A DNA stretch of 57,156 nt from Candidatus Moranbacteria bacterium CG10_big_fil_rev_8_21_14_0_10_35_21 (GTDB taxonomy: Bacteria; Patescibacteriota; Minisyncoccia; Moranbacterales; UBA2206). The translations under genes and the position numbers were made by a program. The notes below the pieces were generated by a model. It worked only from the letters and a program-made list of their open reading frames with translations. It was not told where the DNA came from and made no database searches. Numbering within the stretch: position 1 is the stretch's first letter; each line of letters starts with the position of its first letter. Below, piece by piece: positions 30,623-39,414 of this stretch. The DNA is taken from NCBI GenBank assembly GCA_002773095.1, contig PFCG01000022.1:1-57156 (forward strand), given 5' to 3'.

Positions 30623-30698
30623 TCATAGTATTTATTATATTTTCATTAAAGAGTTAACGGGTTATTTTTTAACTCGTGAACTCGTTAATAATTAATAA

Positions 30699-31748
30699 CT
30701 AGTTTTCCAACGCTGCTCTACCCGCACTTATCTCTGCAATCTCTTGCGTAATCTTTCCTTGTCTAATCTGATTGAAAATAAAGGTCAGATCTTCGGACAT
30801 TTCTCCGGCTGCATCAGTTGCATTTCTCATGGCCATCATGCGAGCCGATTCTTTGGAAGCATTGGATTCCAGAATAGCATGATAAACCTGCATTTCAATC
30901 AAACGTGGAATAATATATTTCAAAACCTCTTCCGGACTCGGTTCCACTTTATATTCTGCTATTGGTTCTTCCAATCCATATTCCTTGGCGAGCACATCCA
31001 TTTCGGCAATTTGTTTTTCCAAATCAATTTTGGAAATCGGCAACATTTGCCTCACTCTGGTTTCCTGCTTGATGGCGGAAACATAATCAGTATAAAAAAC
31101 TACCACCTTGTCATACTTTTTATTTAAATATTTTTCAATCACAATTTTAGAAAGCGGTCTCACATCTTCACTCCCAGGCAAATAATTCAATTGCGGAAAA
31201 GAGGCAATAATTTCCCCGACTGCAACGCTACGCCCGTCGCTATGACTGCCGTCAGTCTGTTGAGCTGGCGAAGCATCTCGGGCAAGCGTAGCATTGCGGG
31301 CAGGTTTTTGCATCCGGCGCAAAGCATTCTCCCCTTTTTTTCCAATAGTAATAAAATCTATACGCAATTCAGCATTGGAAATTTTGGACTCAATCTTTTT
31401 TATTCCCGCTCTATTAATTTTTAAATTCACTGGATTTTCAATTTCGTCTTTCATTCTTTTGATCAACTGCGAATTGAAAGAACTGCATAGTCCTCGATTA
31501 GCAGTAATAGCCACCGCTAGCACTGATTTTACTTCTCGCACTTCCAACAGTCCACTATGAGTAGATTCAAAAGCCCGAGACAGATTAGTCAGCACCGACC
31601 AAGCATTGTGAGCATAAGGACGAATAGCCAAAACCGAAGACACCGCTCGGCGCATTTTGGCAGCCGAAACCATCTCCATCGCTCGAGTTATTTTTTTGGT
31701 GTTATTGATTGATTTGATTCGGCGACGAATGTCGCGAGTTGAAGCCAT
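30699..31748 (-). CDS. atpG: ATP synthase gamma subunit
   Basis: MASTRDIRRRIKS, KITRAMEMVSAAK, NRGLCSSFN, ARMMAMRNATD, RQGKITQEIAEI. Confidence 0.97.
   Translation of the reverse strand: MASTRDIRRRIKSINNTKKITRAMEMVSAAKMRRAVSSVLAIRPYAHNAWSVLTNLSRAFESTHSGLLEVREVKSVLAVAITANRGLCSSFNSQLIKRMKDEIENPVNLKINRAGIKKIESKISNAELRIDFITIGKKGENALRRMQKPARNATLARDASPAQQTDGSHSDGRSVAVGEIIASFPQLNYLPGSEDVRPLSKIVIEKYLNKKYDKVVVFYTDYVSAIKQETRVRQMLPISKIDLEKQIAEMDVLAKEYGLEEPIAEYKVEPSPEEVLKYIIPRLIEMQVYHAILESNASKESARMMAMRNATDAAGEMSEDLTFIFNQIRQGKITQEIAEISAGRAALEN
31214..31304. repeat. Nested in-frame palindromic elements in atpG (family E)
   Basis: Outer arms at 31214-31232 and 31287-31304, middle arms at 31233-31244 and 31269-31286, and a 24-bp core. 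Confidence 0.8.
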
Positions 31749-31759
31749 AATATTAAAAT

Positions 31760-32220
31760 AATCAAGATACAAGATACAATAACCAAACAAATTTCAAATT
31801 CAAATATTCAATTGCTTATTTTCTGTTTTTTTGATAATTGCCAACAAAATATTCTTTAACTCCATTCCTTCTTGTTTTAATTCTTGTATTCTGGATTTAA
31901 ATTCCGGATTATCTTCTTCAATCAACTCCAGCCAATGCAGTGTTTCTTTTGCTTCTTTTCTGGAAATTTTCATCCGATGTATAAAATCTTTTTTTCCTAA
32001 CGCATCATTAGCTTCTCTATAATTTGCTCCTACTGAACCGGCAGAACCTGCCGTTTGCCCCGTTAATCTATTGTTTATCGAATCTTTCGGCAATGATTTG
32101 CATAATCTTATTACTCTTTTTGCAAATTCAGCAGTTCTTTCTTCTAAATCAAATTTATTTTTGTTTTGAGTATTGGTCATTTTAATTTGCTTGTATCTTG
32201 CTTCTTGGTTATTGGTGATT
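31760..32220. mobile_element. Four-helix-bundle cassette bounded by inverted heptamer-repeat arms (family F)
   Basis: Left arm 31760-31811 (ATACAAG/ATACAAT/AACCAAA units) and a complementary right arm 32166-32220; sits between atpA and atpG. Confidence 0.6.
31800..32180 (-). CDS. Four-helix-bundle protein (23S rRNA IVP / Avd-like family)
   Basis: DLEERTAEFA..Q...SAGSVGANYREA...KKDF.....ISRKEAKET.HWL. Confidence 0.88.
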   Translation of the reverse strand: MTNTQNKNKFDLEERTAEFAKRVIRLCKSLPKDSINNRLTGQTAGSAGSVGANYREANDALGKKDFIHRMKISRKEAKETLHWLELIEEDNPEFKSRIQELKQEGMELKNILLAIIKKTENKQLNI

Positions 32221-33798
32221 GGTATAAACTTCTTTGAATTCTTTAATACTCTTTTCCAATGCCTTCACTACTTCTTCCGTCAATTCTTTCTTTTCTATGA
32301 TTAATTTCAAAGTTTCTTTGCCACTTCCTTTCAGATATTTGTGAAAATCATTCTCCCATTTTTGGATTTCTTCCACGGCCACATCATCCACAAATCCGTT
32401 GGTCAGGGCATAGAGAATCACTACTTGATTTTCCACTGCCATCGGTTCGTATTGCCCTTGCTTCAAAATTTCCACCGTTCTTTTTCCTCTTTCAATTTGA
32501 CGCCTAGTATTTTCATCCAAGTCAGAACCAAATTGTGCAAAGGCTTCCAATTCTCGAAACTGTGCCAAATCCAAACGGAGTTTTCCAGCCACTTTTTTCA
32601 TAGCTTTGATTTGCGCGGCGGAACCCACTCGAGAAACGGAAAGTCCTGCATTAATAGCCGGGCGAATGCCTTTATAGAATAAATCAGATTCCAAATAAAT
32701 TTGTCCGTCAGTAATAGAAATAACATTGGTTGGAATATAGGCTGAAACATCTCCAGCTTGGGTTTCAATGATTGGCAAAGCAGTGAGCGATCCTCCACCA
32801 AAATCTTTATTAAGCTTTGCTGAACGTTCCAAAAGTCGGGAATGCAAATAGAAAATATCTCCAGGATAAGCTTCGCGTCCCGGTGGTCGACGCAAAATTA
32901 ATGACACTTGCCGATACGCCCAAGCATGTTTAGATAAATCATCATAAATTACCAGCACGTCTTTGCCTTGGTCCATAAAGTATTCTCCCAGTGAACAGCC
33001 TGAATAGGGCGCAATATAGGAAAAAGCAGCTGGATCAGACGCTCCTGCAATCACAACAGTCGTATATTCCATAGCTCCCTTTTTTTCCAATTCAGCCACA
33101 ATACGTGCAATTTTAGATTCTTTCTGACCAATAGCCACATAAATACAAATCATGCCTGCCCCGTGATCGCCGTTAGGCGATTTTACGGGGTTCTGCCCAT
33201 TCTTCTTCAATTTATCCCATTCATATTTCTGATTTATTATGGCATCCACTGCAATGGCAGTTTTTCCAGTTTGTCGGTCACCAATAATCAATTCTCTTTG
33301 ACCGCGACCAATTGGAATCATCGCATCAATCGCCTTAATACCAGTTTGCACTGGCTGATTCACTGATTGACGAGTAATAACCCCTGGAGCAATTTTTTCA
33401 ATCGGATAAAATTTTTCTGAGCTTATTTCTCCCTTTCCGTCCACCGCTTGCCCCAATGGATTGACCACTCTTCCAATCATATTTTCTCCAACTGGAATAG
33501 ACAGAATTTTGCCGGTAGATTTCACGGTGTCGCCTTCCTTGATTCCTTCAAAACTGCCCAAAATCATCGCGCCTACTTGACCTTCTTCTAGGTTCAAAAT
33601 TACACCAAAAATTCCGCCCGGGAATTCAATCATTTCTGAAGCCATCACGTCGGATAGTCCAGAAATTTTGGCCACGCCGTCTCCGACTTCAATAACCGTT
33701 CCGACTTTTTCCGTCGTCGCAGTGGTTTCAAAACCCTCAATTTGTTTTTTTAGTTGTTCGATGATGTAGTCTTTGCTTGCCCCGTTAATTTTTTCCAT
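32209..33798 (-). CDS. atpA: ATP synthase alpha subunit
   Basis: [45 protein letters not shown]. Confidence 0.99.
   Translation of the reverse strand: MEKINGASKDYIIEQLKKQIEGFETTATTEKVGTVIEVGDGVAKISGLSDVMASEMIEFPGGIFGVILNLEEGQVGAMILGSFEGIKEGDTVKSTGKILSIPVGENMIGRVVNPLGQAVDGKGEISSEKFYPIEKIAPGVITRQSVNQPVQTGIKAIDAMIPIGRGQRELIIGDRQTGKTAIAVDAIINQKYEWDKLKKNGQNPVKSPNGDHGAGMICIYVAIGQKESKIARIVAELEKKGAMEYTTVVIAGASDPAAFSYIAPYSGCSLGEYFMDQGKDVLVIYDDLSKHAWAYRQVSLILRRPPGREAYPGDIFYLHSRLLERSAKLNKDFGGGSLTALPIIETQAGDVSAYIPTNVISITDGQIYLESDLFYKGIRPAINAGLSVSRVGSAAQIKAMKKVAGKLRLDLAQFRELEAFAQFGSDLDENTRRQIERGKRTVEILKQGQYEPMAVENQVVILYALTNGFVDDVAVEEIQKWENDFHKYLKGSGKETLKLIIEKKELTEEVVKALEKSIKEFKEVYTNHQ
33159..33190. repeat. 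In-frame hairpin element in atpA (family C)
   Basis: CCCCGTGATCGCC-GTTA-GGCGATTTTACGGGG; same consensus as 21799-21827. Confidence 0.8.
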
Positions 33799-33891
33799 AA
33801 TATTTATAATATAATTTTACACTTTATTAATTTATTTCAAACCCGCTAATCATTATGCATAATAATTATACGGGGTTCATGGTTTTCGATA

Positions 33892-34329
33892 TTATTTAGC
33901 TAATTGAATTTTTAAATTTTTTAGTTGTGCCGATACACTTCCATCCATCACTTCGTCCCCCACTCGGATAATTATTCCACCTTGGATTTTTTCATTGATC
34001 ACATTATTTATTTCTACTTTTTCGATTTTACCTGCCCGCAATGCTTCGTATAGCGATGCAGGCGGGTATTTTTCTTTGATAAATTCCTCTAACTTTATAA
34101 CTTGAGAACCTGATAACTTTCGACTTGTAGTGGCCTCAACTTCGACAATTCCATTTCCTTTATTGTATATCTCTGAAAATTTTTCCACAATTTTTGGAAT
34201 CATTTTTGCTTTCCGAGCATTGACCAAAAATTTCGCGAAATTCAAAACAATGCCGTCAATCTCTTCGTGAGACTTCTCGTTTGTAAGCTCATATAATGTT
34301 TTCGCATATTGCGTAGCGGTTATTTTCAT
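33892..34329 (-). CDS. atpH: ATP synthase delta subunit (short form)
   Basis: QYAKTL, IQGGIIIRVGDEVMDGSV; position in the operon. Confidence 0.92.
   Translation of the reverse strand: MKITATQYAKTLYELTNEKSHEEIDGIVLNFAKFLVNARKAKMIPKIVEKFSEIYNKGNGIVEVEATTSRKLSGSQVIKLEEFIKEKYPPASLYEALRAGKIEKVEINNVINEKIQGGIIIRVGDEVMDGSVSAQLKNLKIQLAK
34029..34068. repeat. In-frame palindromic element in atpH (family E)
   Basis: TACCTGCCCGCAATGCTTCGTATAGCGATGCAGGCGGGTA; shares ACCTGCCCGCAATGCT (16 bp) with the atpG insert. Confidence 0.82.
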
Positions 34330-34332
34330 ACG

Positions 34333-34686
34333 TGTCGTCCCGAGCTTGTCGAGGGATCTAATTTATAATGTTTTGTATAAATCCTTCCACTCTGGGTTAA
34401 TTTTATTAATTAAATTTACTTTTTTCTCTCTTCTCCACTTTTTCAATTGCTTTTCTCTTTCTAACGCACTTCTTACGTTTTCAGTTTGTTCAAAATACAC
34501 TAACTTATCAACATTGTATTTTTTTGTAAAACCATCGACTACTTTATGCTTATGCTGATAAATTCTTCTTTTCAGATCATTTGTAACTCCGATATATAAA
34601 ACCTTTGAGATACTTGATAAAATGTAAACGCAATATTGTCTCATTTTTATTTAATATTAGATCCTTCGACTTCGCTCAGGATGACA
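34333..34686. mobile_element. GIY-YIG cassette flanked by inverted REP-like hairpins (family A)
   Basis: TGTCGTCCCGAGCTTGTCGAGGGATCT at 34333-34359 and AGATCCTTCGACTTCGCTCAGGATGACA at 34659-34686; sits between atpF and atpH. Confidence 0.8.
34363..34644 (-). CDS. GIY-YIG nuclease
   Basis: YCVYIL..LYIGVTNDLKRRIYQHK..FTKKYNV.KLVYFE..ALEREKQLKKWRR..NPEWKDL. Confidence 0.93.
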   Translation of the reverse strand: MRQYCVYILSSISKVLYIGVTNDLKRRIYQHKHKVVDGFTKKYNVDKLVYFEQTENVRSALEREKQLKKWRREKKVNLINKINPEWKDLYKTL

Positions 34687-34693
34687 CATGGTG

Positions 34694-35182
34694 TCATTCA
34701 ATAGATTTCTCTATTAACTCCTTATCTTTTCTGGTGTCTAACTTCTCATTAATAATTTTTCCAGTTGCCGCCACAATCAAATCCGCCACTTCGGCCTTCA
34801 CCTCGGTGAACATCTTGGTTTTTTCGCTTTCAATTTTCTTTTCCGCATCAACTAATATTTTCTCGGCTTGTTTATTGGATTCAATAATAATTTCTTCCTT
34901 GTTTTTCGTTCCAACTTTTTCTGCTTCTGTAATTATTTTCTGCGCTTCTTTTTTAGCTTCGCCTAATATTTCTTTTTCTTTAGTCGTCATTTCTTCCATT
35001 TTTCTGGCTGCATTTTCCGCGTCTTTTAAGCCTTTATCAATTTTTTCCGTCCGATCATTTAATATTTTTAGAATTGGTTTGTAGGCGAATTTATAAAGCA
35101 CCAACAGCACAATAGTAAAGTTAACCATCTGTGCCAGAATTAATTTAATGTCTATATGAAATATTTTAACTAGTTCTTCCAT
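34694..35182 (-). CDS. atpF: ATP synthase b subunit
   Basis: AQMVNFTIVLLVL..AYKPI..L.DR followed by a coiled coil. Confidence 0.95.
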   Translation of the reverse strand: MEELVKIFHIDIKLILAQMVNFTIVLLVLYKFAYKPILKILNDRTEKIDKGLKDAENAARKMEEMTTKEKEILGEAKKEAQKIITEAEKVGTKNKEEIIIESNKQAEKILVDAEKKIESEKTKMFTEVKAEVADLIVAATGKIINEKLDTRKDKELIEKSIE

Positions 35183-35207
35183 TGTTTTTGAATTAATGAT
35201 TTTAGCT

Positions 35208-35230
35208 TAGCTCTGAAAGATTCAGAGCTA
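35208..35230. other. Hairpin between atpE and atpF (possible mRNA-stability or partial termination element)
   Basis: TAGCTCTGAA-AGA-TTCAGAGCTA, a 10-bp perfect stem. Confidence 0.5.
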
Positions 35231-35240
35231 GAGAAAAACA

Positions 35241-35465
<225 letters not shown>

Positions 35466-35563
35466 TTAATACTCTCCTAATTAGACAAATTTATTTGTGT
35501 TTAATGTCGTCAGGAAAATACAAAGCTTATTAAAATTAATTATTAGTAAATAAATAAAGAGCA

Positions 35564-36427
35564 TTAATGCTCTTCTGCACTCGTCGCAATTGTCATAAAT
35601 ACCAAAGTCAGCATAGCAAAAATCAGCGCTTGAATCAAGCCCACAATAATTTCTAAAAACATAAACGGCAAAGGAAGAAAATAAGCAAAGAGTGCCATCA
35701 TAGAAGCTAGAAGAACTTCGCCAGCGAAAATATTACCGAAGAGACGAAACGAGAGAGAGGCTATCTTGGCTATTTCTCCTATTATTTCCACTAATCCCAC
35801 AAAAGCCTTGATGGGATTAATCAAAACAATGGCAAAATCTTTTCTGATTTTTTTAGGTATTTCTAAAAAGGCGTTAAAATTAATAAATTTATTTAGATGC
35901 TTCCAGGCTCCCACAATTAAGACACCCATGACATGAGAAGCTACCACAGCAAAAAGAGCTAGGGCTAGAGTTGTATTTAAATCAGCTGTTCCTCCGCGAA
36001 AAATAGGGACAAAAACCTTGTGTAATCCCTCTGTTTCAATAAATCCAATAGTTCCAATTCCAGGAAGAAGTCCTAACCAATTATTAACTAGAATAAAAAG
36101 GAAGAGGGCTAAGGTTATTGGCAAAAATTTTTCTGATTTTTTTCTATCTCCAGTTATACTGTCTGCCAAATGAAGAGCTTCCTCCATTATTATTTCAAAA
36201 ATATTTTGGATGCCTTTAGGAATTTTTTTTATTTTTTTACTTAATACCACAAAAAAAACCACTAAAATAATAACCGTTAACCAACTATTCAAAAGAGAAT
36301 TGGTTATGGTAAAATTTCCCACATGGAAGATTGACTCAGCAAACAAAGTCGCTTCATGACTAACCTCTCCTTGTTCAGCTGATTCGCTTTGAATATTTTC
36401 TTTAATTTCGGAAGCGCCTTGAGACAT
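35564..36427 (-). CDS. atpB: ATP synthase a subunit
   Basis: NNWLGLLPG, TADLNTT, SLSFRLFGNIFAGE, IQALIF. Confidence 0.97.
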   Translation of the reverse strand: MSQGASEIKENIQSESAEQGEVSHEATLFAESIFHVGNFTITNSLLNSWLTVIILVVFFVVLSKKIKKIPKGIQNIFEIIMEEALHLADSITGDRKKSEKFLPITLALFLFILVNNWLGLLPGIGTIGFIETEGLHKVFVPIFRGGTADLNTTLALALFAVVASHVMGVLIVGAWKHLNKFINFNAFLEIPKKIRKDFAIVLINPIKAFVGLVEIIGEIAKIASLSFRLFGNIFAGEVLLASMMALFAYFLPLPFMFLEIIVGLIQALIFAMLTLVFMTIATSAEEH

Positions 36428-36445
36428 AATTTAAATTTTTTTAAC

Positions 36446-36715
36446 TTATTTTTTATTTATTTTTCCTTTTTCTTCTTTTTCTATTCTTTTAATTTCCTTC
36501 AATGAATCATGAACAATTCCAAAGGTTGAAAAAATGAAGGCAATTCCGACACTTAGCAAAAACAGCCACGGTTCGGTGCTGTATTTTTTATCCAGCCATC
36601 TTCCGATAAATAGAGCCATGATTATCGGCCCAGCTATCCAACCGGAAAGCCTGGTGAATAAAATTAGACTTGGTTGCCACCAAGGATTTTGTGAATTATT
36701 TTTATCTTTTCCCAT
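36446..36715 (-). CDS. AtpZ/AtpI-family protein
   Basis: G.WLDKKYSTEPW with two TMs; first gene of the atp operon. Start set at MGKDK. Confidence 0.85.
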   Translation of the reverse strand: MGKDKNNSQNPWWQPSLILFTRLSGWIAGPIIMALFIGRWLDKKYSTEPWLFLLSVGIAFIFSTFGIVHDSLKEIKRIEKEEKGKINKK

Positions 36716-36783
36716 TGATAGTGAAAATACTACAATATCTATTTTCTCCTGCTTTTCCAAAAAAGTCAATACTTAGAATTTTA

Positions 36784-37692
36784 TTATAAATTAAAAAGTT
36801 TTTTCGCATTTTGAGTGGTAACTTCTACCACCTTTTCTGCTGAAATTTGCTTTATTTCAGCTATTTTTTGCGCCACCAGCTCAACCAAAATTGGTTCATT
36901 TCTCTCTCCTTTTTTTGGCACTGGAGCCAAATATGGGCAATCTGTTTCCACAAGAATGTCTTGAAGGTCAATTTCTTTGATGAGCCGATCATAGCTGATT
37001 CCGAAGGTGATAATGCCATTTAGTCCAATTTTATATCCCATTTCAATGAATTTATGGGCCGTTTTCCATGAACCAATAAAACTATGCACCACACCCAATT
37101 TTTTCACTGGATTGTTTTTTAAAATTTCCAGCAAGTCGTCATAGGCATCCGTTCGGGCGTGGTCGAGTTCTTTGCTAACTTTTACGCCCTTTAGGGCGTG
37201 GTTTCGTTCTTGACGAGACTTTACGCCCCAGCAATGAATCATTATTGGTTTTTCTACTTCGTTGGACAACTTTATAAATTTTATCAAAACTTCTTTCTGT
37301 TTCTTTTTTAATTCTTCTTCGTTATCCCCTTCGCTAAAGTGATGATAATCCAAACCCACTTCTCCAATGGCGACCACTTTCGGATTTTTGGCCAGTTCTA
37401 AATATTTTTCATAGTCAAAAATTTCTCCATCCGTTTTTATTTCCACTTCTTCCAATTCATCGTCATCTTTATATTTCATGCTCGCTTTTTGCAAATGCAC
37501 CGGATGAATTCCGATTGCTGCCCAAACACCTTTTTCATATTTTTCCGCAAATTCCACCGCACGTTTGCTAGTGGAATATTGAGAACCAACATTAATCATA
37601 AAAGCGCCGCTGGCAAGCGACTTTTTTATAACGTCATCAGCATCGTCCTTGAACGCGCTGAAATTCACATGGGCGTGAGTGTCGATGTACAC
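36784..37692 (-). CDS. tatD: TatD-family nuclease
   Basis: IDTHAH, GIHP, AIGEVGLDY, VHSF, ETDCPYLAP, NEP. Probable GTG start at 37692. Confidence 0.94.
   Translation of the reverse strand: MYIDTHAHVNFSAFKDDADDVIKKSLASGAFMINVGSQYSTSKRAVEFAEKYEKGVWAAIGIHPVHLQKASMKYKDDDELEEVEIKTDGEIFDYEKYLELAKNPKVVAIGEVGLDYHHFSEGDNEEELKKKQKEVLIKFIKLSNEVEKPIMIHCWGVKSRQERNHALKGVKVSKELDHARTDAYDDLLEILKNNPVKKLGVVHSFIGSWKTAHKFIEMGYKIGLNGIITFGISYDRLIKEIDLQDILVETDCPYLAPVPKKGERNEPILVELVAQKIAEIKQISAEKVVEVTTQNAKKLFNL
37155..37228. repeat. Tandem pair of 35-bp hairpin elements in frame in tatD (family C variant)
   Basis: GGGCGTGGT...TTTACGCCC at 37155-37189 and 37194-37228. Confidence 0.78.
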
Positions 37693-37696
37693 AAGG

Positions 37697-38350
37697 TTAC
37701 TTCTTAAAAATATTAAAAAATATTTTAGCAATTGACATTTTTACGGAAAATTTAAAATTTTCTTTTATTCCAGTTGAAATTATAGGTGAAAAATTACCAT
37801 CTTTTAACTCCTGTACTTTTTTATCTATTTGTATTGAAGGATTTTTAAAAAATATTAAATTTACAATATTGATTAAATCTTCTTGATTGAATGGTTTCAT
37901 ATTAATAGTCAATGGATCTTGAGAGAATATATTTATTCCGTAAATATTCAACCTATAAAAAGCGGACTTTCTATCGGCTTCTAAATCCTGACTGATGTGT
38001 ATATTTATTTTTTTTACTTCTGAAAATTTTATTATTTTTTTCTTGAAAAATAATCTTGATATAAAAGTTTTATAAATTAAATCTTCGTTGGTCAAAATAA
38101 TTTTAAAAGAAGCTAGCCAAATTATTATAAATGGCCAAACAAAACAAATTACAAAAAAAGTTAAAACACCTAAGATTCCTTGATTGAAAGGTATGCCATT
38201 CTGCAAACCCTTAAACAAAACTATTAAACTAAACGGGGCAGATATAATAGATAAAATAATATAGGAAGAGACTCCTGCTTTAGCTATATAGGGAAAACAG
38301 TCATTAAAATTTTTCTCTTTTGATTCTGTAATATTTTGATCTTGATTCAT
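37697..38350 (-). CDS. Hypothetical membrane protein
   Basis: Two N-terminal TMs plus a soluble domain; very AT-rich. Confidence 0.65.
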   Translation of the reverse strand: MNQDQNITESKEKNFNDCFPYIAKAGVSSYIILSIISAPFSLIVLFKGLQNGIPFNQGILGVLTFFVICFVWPFIIIWLASFKIILTNEDLIYKTFISRLFFKKKIIKFSEVKKINIHISQDLEADRKSAFYRLNIYGINIFSQDPLTINMKPFNQEDLINIVNLIFFKNPSIQIDKKVQELKDGNFSPIISTGIKENFKFSVKMSIAKIFFNIFKK

Positions 38351-38445
38351 TTTTTTATTTTAGTTTAATTAAATATTTTTCATTCTTCTTTTAATAAATA
38401 GATATTTGACTTAAAAAATTACTTCCGCAACTATTTTCAATATTC

Positions 38446-38968
38446 TTCTTCCTTATATCCATATAACCTTATAAGGAAGAAATTATATTAACTAACTAGT
38501 TTAGTAAATCTTTTAAAATTCTATGTCCGGGATATTTATCCAGCATAGTATATTCTCTATACTTTTTGGCATCTTTTTCTTTTAATCCATTCTTTATCCG
38601 TCCACTTATCCAATAATAATACTCATCACCTCTTTCTTTTAGCCAATGATCAGTTTTCGCTATTGTTTGAAAACTGACCTTTAATTTTTTTCTTATCGTT
38701 TCCGCTGTTTCTTCATCAATAATCATTTTTGCAACCTGAATTCTTCTGCCCATCATTAAGGCTTCACTAGGCGTTAACATACCCATAAAAAAATCTATTA
38801 TTTCTTTTTTTGACTTGAGTTCCGCAATAACATTCAAAAGGCAACCAATTGACTGGTATTTTTCCTTTTCATCAATTTCATAAACTTTAATTTTTGCCAT
38901 CTTTTTGTTTTATCTGCTTAAATATATTTTTTTTCTTCCTTATAAGGTTATATGGATATAAGGAAGAA
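38446..38968. repeat. 37-bp perfect inverted repeats flanking the TrpR-like gene
   Basis: TTCTTCCTTATATCCATATAACCTTATAAGGAAGAAA at 38446-38482 and its exact reverse complement at 38932-38968. Confidence 0.92.
38496..38900 (-). CDS. TrpR-like (YerC/YecD) HTH protein
   Basis: FF..MLTPSEALMMGRRIQVAKMI...I...LKVSFQTIAK. Confidence 0.82.
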   Translation of the reverse strand: MAKIKVYEIDEKEKYQSIGCLLNVIAELKSKKEIIDFFMGMLTPSEALMMGRRIQVAKMIIDEETAETIRKKLKVSFQTIAKTDHWLKERGDEYYYWISGRIKNGLKEKDAKKYREYTMLDKYPGHRILKDLLN

Positions 38969-38999
38969 AGTATACACAAAAAAATATTGCTAAAAAAAA

Positions 39000-39413
39000 T
39001 TATTTTATTTTTTTCAGATCCCCTTCTATAATAATTGGTTGCATGGCAATCATTTCATCGCTATATGACATTTCAGGAATTGGATTGAGAAGAAATATTT
39101 TTTTATTGAGTACATGAGCAAAGGCCATTTCTAAAAATGAATTGCCTCCGATATAATTCGGGATGTCCTTTAGTGTTTCATTGATAATCAAAACAGCATC
39201 TCCATCTTTAATCTCATTATAATAATGCCGGATCAAATCATTATTAATTTTATTTTTCACCGACTCATTATGCATATGATCGGAAGTATTAAGTTCAGCA
39301 TATTCTTCGGTATGCCTCGGAACAATCACAAAATGACCTATTTTTTCTAGGTCTTTTTTTGTTTTTAGCATTTCTCTTGAAAGCCTCATACTTCCACAAA
39401 TTAGAATTTTCAT
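39000..39413 (-). CDS. Hypothetical protein, nucleoside deoxyribosyltransferase-like fold
   Basis: KILICGSM, I..GDAVLIIN, YIGGNSFLEMAFA...KKIF. Confidence 0.6.
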   Translation of the reverse strand: MKILICGSMRLSREMLKTKKDLEKIGHFVIVPRHTEEYAELNTSDHMHNESVKNKINNDLIRHYYNEIKDGDAVLIINETLKDIPNYIGGNSFLEMAFAHVLNKKIFLLNPIPEMSYSDEMIAMQPIIIEGDLKKIK

Positions 39414-39414
39414 A

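Noticed and set aside
31800..32180. Diversity-generating retroelement, suggested by the Avd-like gene
   Set aside because: No reverse transcriptase and no TR/VR pair with adenine-specific differences. The glmS duplicate differs synonymously at all base types.
34605..35084. 159-aa plus-strand ORF and similar antisense ORFs across the window
   Set aside because: They are shadows of well-supported genes on the opposite strand.
38446..38968. CRISPR repeats (37-bp palindromic units)
   Set aside because: Only two copies, inverted, separated by a gene; no spacers and no cas genes.
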